The position numbers and the translations under genes were made by a program. 64,000 nucleotides of DNA from a virus: the IMG/VR virus record IMGVR_UViG_3300047157_000111, positions 4,207-68,206 of that record, one strand, 5' to 3'. Below are positions 56,717 through 64,000 of this stretch, piece by piece. A model generated the notes under the pieces. The model was not told the DNA's origin, searched no databases, and was given only the letters and a program-made list of their open reading frames with translations. Within the stretch, counting starts at the first letter, position 1, and the number at the start of each line of letters is the position of its first letter.

Positions 56717-57880
56717 ATGTCAGAAGAAAAACAAGAAGAACTTCAAGAGGAAGCTGTAGAGCAAACTCAAGAAGTTAAAGTTGATGCTGTTCCAGAGGAA
56801 CCAGCTGATGACGGACCAAAAGCTGAAATTTTAGAAGATGGTACGTTTAAATTAGATTTATCACAAGGTTCAAAAGAGCCAGAAGTAGAACAAGAGCCGG
56901 AGCCAGAAGTACAACCGGAACCAGAAGTTGAAGAGCAATTTGTTGGTTTAGAGGAAGTTACAGAAGAACAACCGGTAGAAGAAGTAAAAGAGCAAGTAGA
57001 AGAACTTGAAGAACAAGTTGAACAAGCTTTAGTTGAAGCTGATGCTGGTGTTGAATTACCAGAGAACATTCAAAAAGTTGTTGAGTTTATAAACGAAACA
57101 GGTGGTTCGCTAGAAGACTATGTTAAACTAAATCAAGATTTTACTAGCTACGATGATAAGTCTTTACTTAGAGAGTATTACAAACAAACAAAACCTCATC
57201 TAGATAACGATGAAATAAGTTTTTTAATGGACGATCAGTTTTCGTTCGATGAAGACGTTGATGAGGAAATAGATATTAAAAGAAAAAAATTAGCGCTAAA
57301 AGAGCAGGTTGCAAGTGCTAAAGGCCACCTAGACGGGCTAAAGTCTAAATATTACGAAGAAGTCAAGGCTGGTTCTAAGCTCGCGCCAGAACAACAGAAG
57401 GCTGTAGATTTTTTCAATAGATATAACGAAGAGTTAGAGGAAACTAACAAGACTCAAGGTTTACAACAAAAAGTATTTCAAGAAAAAACTTCTCAAGTTT
57501 TTAACGATCAGTTCAAAGGTTTTGAATATAAGGTTGGAGAAAAGAAATACAGATTTAACGTAAAAGATGCTGCAAAGGTTAAGGATACACAAAGCGACAT
57601 TAACAATTTTGTCAAGAAGTTCTTGAATGAAAAAAATGAAATGTCAGATGCTTCAGGTTATCACAAATCTTTATTTACAGCAATGAACCCTGATTTAGTA
57701 GCTCAACACTTTTATGAACAAGGTAAAGCTGATGCTGTTAAGAACAGTATGGCTAAATCTAAAAACATCGATATGGATCCAAGGTCTACTCACGAGAAGG
57801 CACCAAATCCAAATGGGTTTACAGTAAAAGCGGTTGACAGTGGTTCTAATGACTTTAAGTTTAAAATTAAAACAAGATAA
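56717..57880 (+). CDS. scaffold/capsid assembly protein
   Basis: Glu/Pro-rich N-terminus; position between portal and capsid. Confidence 0.65.
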   Translation: MSEEKQEELQEEAVEQTQEVKVDAVPEEPADDGPKAEILEDGTFKLDLSQGSKEPEVEQEPEPEVQPEPEVEEQFVGLEEVTEEQPVEEVKEQVEELEEQVEQALVEADAGVELPENIQKVVEFINETGGSLEDYVKLNQDFTSYDDKSLLREYYKQTKPHLDNDEISFLMDDQFSFDEDVDEEIDIKRKKLALKEQVASAKGHLDGLKSKYYEEVKAGSKLAPEQQKAVDFFNRYNEELEETNKTQGLQQKVFQEKTSQVFNDQFKGFEYKVGEKKYRFNVKDAAKVKDTQSDINNFVKKFLNEKNEMSDASGYHKSLFTAMNPDLVAQHFYEQGKADAVKNSMAKSKNIDMDPRSTHEKAPNPNGFTVKAVDSGSNDFKFKIKTR

Positions 57881-57904
57881 CTTAACAATTAAAATTAAAA
57901 AATT

Positions 57905-59377
57905 ATGGCTAGTGGATCATTCACTGGGAGCTCATCAGCTCTCTCACATTTAACACCAAGACCTGTAAAAGATTTATACGGGTCAAATTACCTGTCTATA
58001 ACAGGAAACGATTACAACTTTACTAAACAATTCCTACCAGAAGTTTACGAAAAAGAAGTTGAAAGATACGGTAACAGAACTGTTGCTGGATTTTTAAAAA
58101 TGGTAGGAGCGGAAATGCCTATGGCATCTGACCAAGTTGTTTGGTCTGAGCAAGGTCGTATTCACGTTGCTTTTAACGACTGTTCTACAGACGGTGACGG
58201 TGGAGCAACAAATGAACTTACTTTTTCATCAGCAGCTAACGCTGGTATGATTGATGTTCATGATACTATTGTTGTAAGCAAAGGTGGTGTAACAGTAAAA
58301 TGTTACGTTTCAGCTAGAGCAGCTGGCGCTTCTGTTGCTACTGTTATTCCTTACACTGCTGCTACTTTAGCTGCTGCTGGTATCACGAATAGCATGAGTG
58401 GAATAAGCGTATTTGTTTACGGTTCTGAGTACAAAAAAGGATCTGCTAACGCTGGAAACTCTAAAGATGCTGACTTTACTACTTTTAGTAATAAGCCAAT
58501 CATCTTAAGAGACAAGTATAGTGTAAACGGATCAGATACTGCTAGTATCGGTTGGGTAGAAGTAACTACTGAAGCTGGAACTGGAGGATACTTATGGTAC
58601 TTAAAGTCTGAGCACGAAGCAAGATTAAGATTTGAAGATCAATTAGAGATGTCTATGATTGAAGCTGAGCCAGTTTCTGGTTCTCAATTAGACGGAGCTG
58701 GAGTATTTGGAGTTGCTGGACAACACGGTACACAAGGTTTATTTTCTGCTATTGAAGAAAGAGGATTAATCTACAACAACCCTGATTTCGGTTCTTCTGG
58801 AACTGGTGCAGGTGAAGGTTTAGCTGAATTTGACGTTGTATTACAAGAATTAGACAAGCAAGGTGCTATCGAGGAAAACATGATGTTCTTAAATAGAGGA
58901 ACTTCATTAGCAATTGATAACATGTTAGCTGCTCAAAATTCTTACGGAACTGGAGGTACATCTTATGGTGTATTTGACAACTCTGAAGATATGGCGATTA
59001 ATTTAGGATTCTCAGGATTTAGAAGAGGTTCTTATGATTTTTACAAGTCTGACTGGAAATACCTAAACGATGGTACTACAAGAGGATTAATTGGAGATGT
59101 ACAAGGTGTATTAGTTCCTGCTGGAACAAGTACTGTTTACGATCAACAATTAGGTAAAAACATCAAAAGACCATTCTTACACGTACGTTACAGAGCTTCT
59201 GAAGCGGATGATAGAAGAATGAAATCTTGGATCACAGGTTCAGTTGGTGGTAACTACACTAGCGACGAAGACGCAATGAACGTTCATTTCTTATCAGAAA
59301 GATGTTTATGTGTTCAAGCTGCTAACAACTTTATCTTATTCAAAGATACTGATGGTGTAACTGGAGACAGTGATTAA
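57905..59377 (+). CDS. major capsid protein
   Basis: 490 aa after the scaffold; high-expression codon bias; followed by a strong hairpin. Confidence 0.8.
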   Translation: MASGSFTGSSSALSHLTPRPVKDLYGSNYLSITGNDYNFTKQFLPEVYEKEVERYGNRTVAGFLKMVGAEMPMASDQVVWSEQGRIHVAFNDCSTDGDGGATNELTFSSAANAGMIDVHDTIVVSKGGVTVKCYVSARAAGASVATVIPYTAATLAAAGITNSMSGISVFVYGSEYKKGSANAGNSKDADFTTFSNKPIILRDKYSVNGSDTASIGWVEVTTEAGTGGYLWYLKSEHEARLRFEDQLEMSMIEAEPVSGSQLDGAGVFGVAGQHGTQGLFSAIEERGLIYNNPDFGSSGTGAGEGLAEFDVVLQELDKQGAIEENMMFLNRGTSLAIDNMLAAQNSYGTGGTSYGVFDNSEDMAINLGFSGFRRGSYDFYKSDWKYLNDGTTRGLIGDVQGVLVPAGTSTVYDQQLGKNIKRPFLHVRYRASEADDRRMKSWITGSVGGNYTSDEDAMNVHFLSERCLCVQAANNFILFKDTDGVTGDSD

Positions 59378-59389
59378 TCAATAACAAAT

Positions 59390-59430
59390 GTAATTCTTAC
59401 CCTCGTTGAACTGACGGGGGTAATTATTAC
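59390..59430 (+). terminator. stem-loop after the capsid gene
   Basis: TTACCCTCGT-TGAACTG-ACGGGGGTAA. Confidence 0.7.
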
Positions 59431-59452
59431 CCTTATTAAATTATATTATATC

Positions 59453-60214
59453 ATGAAAAAAACAAATACAACTCCCTCGACTTGGGAAATTAAAGATAGA
59501 GTTTATTTATTAAAAGGTAGCAAGACACCTTTATTATTTACAGTACCCGCGAAACACAGTAGAGCTAAGTCTTTATTATGGTTTGATGAAGATCAAGGTC
59601 TTCAAAGGGAATTAAGATATGCAACTAACCAAAACTCACCTTTTGTAGATGAGCAAAAAGGTACAGTAACACTAGGTCATATATTTTTTAGAGATGGAAA
59701 ACTTATGGTGCCAAAGCAAAAGCAGAATTTACAAAAGCTTTTATCACTTTATCACCCACTAAACGGTAAGTCTTACTTTGAAAAAGATGATGTTAAAGAA
59801 GCTGAAGTTGATTTATCTTATTTAGAAATGGAAATTGAAGCTTTAAAAATTGCTTCTGAGTTTAGCATAGATGATTGTGAGTCTCTATTAAGAGTTGAAA
59901 CATCGTCCAATGTAGATACCATGACTAGTAAGGAAATAAAAAGAGATACAATAGTTTTTGCTAGAAACAATCCTCAAGAGTTTTTAAGAATAATACAAGA
60001 TGAGAATATAGCTTTAAAAAGCTTAGCTTTAAAAGCTGTAAATCAGAAGATTATAAAGCTATCACCAGATGGTAGATCTTTTGCTTGGGCTAAAAACGGT
60101 AAAAAACTAATGGCTGTACCATTTGATCAAGAACCATATCCAGCTCTAGCTGCTTGGTTTAAGACGGATGAAGGAATGGAAGTTCTAGATAGTGTACAAA
60201 AGAAAATTAAATAG
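59453..60214 (+). CDS. hypothetical structural/assembly protein
   Basis: 253-aa ORF after the capsid gene. Confidence 0.6.
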   Translation: MKKTNTTPSTWEIKDRVYLLKGSKTPLLFTVPAKHSRAKSLLWFDEDQGLQRELRYATNQNSPFVDEQKGTVTLGHIFFRDGKLMVPKQKQNLQKLLSLYHPLNGKSYFEKDDVKEAEVDLSYLEMEIEALKIASEFSIDDCESLLRVETSSNVDTMTSKEIKRDTIVFARNNPQEFLRIIQDENIALKSLALKAVNQKIIKLSPDGRSFAWAKNGKKLMAVPFDQEPYPALAAWFKTDEGMEVLDSVQKKIK

Positions 60215-60220
60215 ATTACC

Positions 60221-60260
60221 TTATAGTAGTTAGGCTACTTCGGTAGCCTAGTTATTATAA
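60221..60260 (+). terminator. UUCG-tetraloop hairpin
   Basis: TAGGCTAC-TTCG-GTAGCCTA with extended AT pairing. Confidence 0.75.
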
Positions 60261-60273
60261 ATAAAAAAAAATT

Positions 60274-61002
60274 ATGGCAGTAAGTATAGATACAGTATAT
60301 CAAAGGGTTTTAGCTATTGCTAATAAAGAGCAAAGAGGTTATGTAACGCCTCAAGAGTTTAACATATTAGCTAATCAAGCTCAGATGGATATATTTGAGC
60401 AATACTTTTATGATAAAAATCAATTCCTTAGACAACCAGGAAACGACACTACTTATTCAGATATGATAGATCTTTTAGATGAAAAGATCGATATATTTGA
60501 GAAGTATAGACAAACTGTTGTTTTAGGATCTAATGGTATTGCCACCATGCCAGATTACTATAGAATGGGTGAATTATACACTAACGCCTGTGGTAAGTTT
60601 GTTGAAATAGAAAAAATAAATCAAAACGAGATACACCATATATTAGCATCTCCATTAACAGCACCTAGTATAACCTACCCGGTATATGTTAGAATAGGAG
60701 GAACTACAGAGATTAATAGAAATAGATCAATCCAAATTTATCCAACAACTATACCTTCAAATTCTACAGTAGTGTGTAACTACATATCTAGACCAACTCA
60801 AGTTGTTTGGGGTTATACTGTTGTTAACAATAAAGCTCTATACAATTCATCTTCTACAACTAATTTTGAGTTACATGAGTCTGAAGAAACAGGTTTGGTT
60901 TTTAAGATACTAGCATTAGCTGGTGTTTTAATAAAAGATCCTAACCTATACCAAATATCATCAACAGAACAAGCCAAAGACGTTCAAGAAGAAAAACAAT
61001 AA
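60274..61002 (+). CDS. tail ring/adaptor protein
   Basis: NKEQRGYVTPQEFN...NYISRP...FELHESE; crAss-like ring-protein pattern. Confidence 0.6.
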   Translation: MAVSIDTVYQRVLAIANKEQRGYVTPQEFNILANQAQMDIFEQYFYDKNQFLRQPGNDTTYSDMIDLLDEKIDIFEKYRQTVVLGSNGIATMPDYYRMGELYTNACGKFVEIEKINQNEIHHILASPLTAPSITYPVYVRIGGTTEINRNRSIQIYPTTIPSNSTVVCNYISRPTQVVWGYTVVNNKALYNSSSTTNFELHESEETGLVFKILALAGVLIKDPNLYQISSTEQAKDVQEEKQ

Positions 61003-61005
61003 GAT

Positions 61006-62097
61006 ATGCCTTTATTCACAGGAACACAACAACAGTACTATAACAACTCTCAGTCATTCACTGGTGATGGTTCTACTACTGCTTTTACATTAACATTTTC
61101 TCCTTTACCAGTTATAGCTTCTGATTTTAGAATATTTATAAATGGTTCAGAGGCAGATACTGCTTTATACGATTCAACACCTTACAATAATAGCTCTGGT
61201 GTTGTAACGTTTGATGCAGCGCCAGCTAATGGAGCGGTTATATTAGTTCAACAAACTACGTTTCCAGAAAACTTTGGTAATTATCAATTTATAGGTATTG
61301 ATGATATAATAAATAACTTTATAATATCTTACGTAGGGGAAGACAAAATAATACCTAAAGCTAGAAGATCAGATATTGCTTTTCATGCGCAAAGAGGTAT
61401 ACAAGAATTAAGCTACGATACATTTAAATCTACTAAAGCTCAAGAAATAGAAATACCACCTTCATTAACTATGAAACTTCCACATGATTATGTTAATTAT
61501 GTTAAAGTTGCATGGAAAGATAGTTCAGGTATTGAGCATATTATTTATCCAACAGGTAAAACTAGTAACCCTACAGCTATATTGCAGGGTGATGATTTTA
61601 ACTATATATTTGGAGATGATGAAACTTTACTTACAGCACAGAACTCTAACTCTTGGACAGACTTTAGTTACAGTGCTCAAATAAACTCAGCTGATCCTAG
61701 TGCTAGTCTATACGACTACCTAACTGATTCAGGTAGAAGATATGGTTTAAACCCTGAAACAGCACAGTCAAACGGTGTATTTTATATAGACTCTGAAAGA
61801 GGTTTAATACACTTTAGTTCAGACATAAGTGGTAAAACAGTTATACTTAAATACGTAAGTGATAGCTTAGGTACTGATGCTGAAATGATAGTACACAAAT
61901 TTGCTGAAGAAGCTATGTATAAATACATGGCTCACGCTATATTATCAACAAGAGCGAACGTGCAAGAATACTTAGTAGCTAGATTTAAAAGAGAAAAGTT
62001 TGCAGCCATAAGAACAGCTAAATTAAGACTATCAAACTTAAAAATTGAAGAGTTATCTCAAGTTATGAGAGGTAAATCTAAACATCTAAAACACTAA
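61006..62097 (+). CDS. tail ring/adaptor protein
   Basis: RGIQELSYD...LPHDYVNYVKV...LKYVSD. Confidence 0.6.
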   Translation: MPLFTGTQQQYYNNSQSFTGDGSTTAFTLTFSPLPVIASDFRIFINGSEADTALYDSTPYNNSSGVVTFDAAPANGAVILVQQTTFPENFGNYQFIGIDDIINNFIISYVGEDKIIPKARRSDIAFHAQRGIQELSYDTFKSTKAQEIEIPPSLTMKLPHDYVNYVKVAWKDSSGIEHIIYPTGKTSNPTAILQGDDFNYIFGDDETLLTAQNSNSWTDFSYSAQINSADPSASLYDYLTDSGRRYGLNPETAQSNGVFYIDSERGLIHFSSDISGKTVILKYVSDSLGTDAEMIVHKFAEEAMYKYMAHAILSTRANVQEYLVARFKREKFAAIRTAKLRLSNLKIEELSQVMRGKSKHLKH

Positions 62098-62100
62098 AGC

Positions 62101-63999
62101 ATGCCAGAAATCAAACGAAATTTTCGTGCAGGTCGAATGAATAAAGACTTGGACGAGAGATTAGTTCCTAACGCTGAGTATAGAGACGCTTTGAATATGC
62201 AAATCGCTAGCTCAGAAGGTGATGATGTTGGTGCAATGCAAAATGTTCTTGGTAATAAACTAGCTTATAGTTCTGCTATAAATATTGCTGCAGGTAAATG
62301 TATTGGTTCTGTTAGAGATTCTGCTAACGATAAAATATATTGGTTTATAACTGGTAGTAGTATTGATGCAATAGTAGAGTATGATCAGTATACTAAAATA
62401 GCATCACCTGTCTTAGTTGACACTCTAGGTATATTAAACCTAAGTTATGATAATCTTATAACTGGTGTCAACATAATAGAAGGTTTATTGTTTTTCACAG
62501 ATAATAATTCTGAACCAAAAAAAATAGAAATAGCTAAATTCAAAGCTGGATCTACAGATTTTTCTACACACACGGTGCTAACCACAGCACACTCAACAGC
62601 AACATATAATTTTACACTTGATGACGTAACTGTTATTAAGAAATCACCTACACAAGCGCCAACTATATCAATGTCTTCATCTTTGAGATCGGGTATAGTA
62701 GAGAGTGTTTGTTTGAATAAGTCTTTCGTTGATTCAAATGGTGATCCATTAGATAGCGGATTACACCCTGAAACAAATAGTAATTTTACTTTTCAACATA
62801 ATATGAACTTAATTGTTGGAGATAGATTAAAGTTTACTGTTTTAGATGAAAGTGAAGATGAAGAAGTTATAGCTACTGTTATAGACTTATTAAGTTTCTC
62901 TCCAAACACCTTCAAGTTAAGCTTAGACGCTGTGTCTACTAGTATAGTTTCTGGATCTGTTGATTGGAAAGTTATTTTAATAGAAGAAAAATCTTTATTT
63001 GAATTTAAGTTTCCTAGGTTTGCATATAGATACAAGTACAAAGATGGTCAATACTCTTCTATAGGACCTTTTAGTCAGGTAGCTTTTTTGCCGGACGAGT
63101 TTGATTATATGCCTAAGAAAGGCTACAATAAAGGTATGGTTAACACTTTGAGAAAATTAACTATATCTAACTTTATAACTAGCAGAATGCCTAAGGATGT
63201 TGTAGAACTAGACATACTTTACAAAGAAGATAAAAGCACAAACATATACACTGTTAAAAGTTTAAAAGGTGATCCTGTTAATACTGATGAAGAGTGGACA
63301 AACAACTCTATGCTTATAGAGTCAGAAGTTATATATAAAATACTTCCAGCAAATCAATTACTTAGACCTTGGGATAATGTACCTAAGAAAGCTAAAGCAC
63401 AAGAGTTTACTGCTAATAGGTTATTATACGCAAACTACACTCAACAGTATGATATAAAAGACTCTAATGACGCTGAAATATCACCAAAGTTCAATGTATC
63501 TATAGTTCAATCATCTGATTCAACTTACGGTGTAAGAAGTCCTGGTAAGTCTATAAAGTCAATGAGAACATATCAATTAGGTGTTGTTTATAGAGATGAC
63601 TTTGGTAGAGAGACACCTGTTTTAACAGATACAACTGGTTCTATTCAACTACCTAAATCACAGGCTATAAACTGGAACGTTTTGCGGGTTAGCTTGACAA
63701 GTGAGCCACCGTACTGGGCAACTCATTATAAATTCTTTTTAAAAGAAACATCGGCTGAATACTATAATTTAGCTATGGATAGACACTATCCTGCTGAAGA
63801 TGGAAACGTTTGGTTAGCTTTTCCATCAGCTGAAAGAAACAAGGTTAATGATGAAACATTTATAATACTAAAGAAAAGACACGATAGCGATGTGTTTGTA
63901 GAGGACGAGGCTAGATACAAAATAATAGCAATAGAAAACGAAGCGCCTGATTTCTTAACAATACAAAAAGTTTCTAAAGGTGTTGTTAGCGCTACTAGT
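62101..63999 (+). CDS. tail stabilisation/muzzle protein (partial, runs off window)
   Basis: MPEIKRNFRAGRMNKDLDERLVPNAEYRDALN...; frame continues to the window end. Confidence 0.7.
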   Translation, partial: MPEIKRNFRAGRMNKDLDERLVPNAEYRDALNMQIASSEGDDVGAMQNVLGNKLAYSSAINIAAGKCIGSVRDSANDKIYWFITGSSIDAIVEYDQYTKIASPVLVDTLGILNLSYDNLITGVNIIEGLLFFTDNNSEPKKIEIAKFKAGSTDFSTHTVLTTAHSTATYNFTLDDVTVIKKSPTQAPTISMSSSLRSGIVESVCLNKSFVDSNGDPLDSGLHPETNSNFTFQHNMNLIVGDRLKFTVLDESEDEEVIATVIDLLSFSPNTFKLSLDAVSTSIVSGSVDWKVILIEEKSLFEFKFPRFAYRYKYKDGQYSSIGPFSQVAFLPDEFDYMPKKGYNKGMVNTLRKLTISNFITSRMPKDVVELDILYKEDKSTNIYTVKSLKGDPVNTDEEWTNNSMLIESEVIYKILPANQLLRPWDNVPKKAKAQEFTANRLLYANYTQQYDIKDSNDAEISPKFNVSIVQSSDSTYGVRSPGKSIKSMRTYQLGVVYRDDFGRETPVLTDTTGSIQLPKSQAINWNVLRVSLTSEPPYWATHYKFFLKETSAEYYNLAMDRHYPAEDGNVWLAFPSAERNKVNDETFIILKKRHDSDVFVEDEARYKIIAIENEAPDFLTIQKVSKGVVSATS

Positions 64000-64000
64000 G

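Overview
The window is most of the genome of a lytic, AT-rich tailed phage with a crAss-like podovirus structural module. It probably infects a Bacteroidetes/Flavobacteriia host: gene starts have AT-rich leaders and no Shine-Dalgarno motifs (inference). There are two divergent arms that split at a non-coding control region near 29.1-29.5 kb. The leftward arm (29.0 to 11.6 kb, minus strand) holds small early genes, a tRNA and tRNA-like RNAs, ligase, a DenV-like glycosylase, a sigma factor, ERF/exonuclease/SSB, primase-helicase, a dCMP-hydroxymethylase-like enzyme, MazG-like proteins, endonuclease I and nrdB/nrdA. The rightward arm (29.5 kb to the end, and 1-11.5 kb) holds GroEL/GroES, small basic proteins, a holin, tail fibres, TerS/TerL, portal, scaffold, capsid, tail proteins, ejection proteins including a 2450-aa modular protein, and lysis genes. 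No DNA polymerase or RNA polymerase was recognised. Top leads: (1) seven copies of a non-host-type early promoter motif, together with a sigma-region-2-like domain inside the giant virion protein, suggesting an injected sigma factor; (2) apparent +1-frame overprinted genes in terL and nrdA with shifted codon usage; (3) a cytosine-specific thymidylate synthase homologue; (4) a DNA-level conserved 14-mer separating tail-fibre modules; (5) reduced tRNA mimics; (6) paired 47-bp TGACA/TGTCA operators plus iteron-like repeats. All protein assignments are motif recognition by eye; no searches were run.
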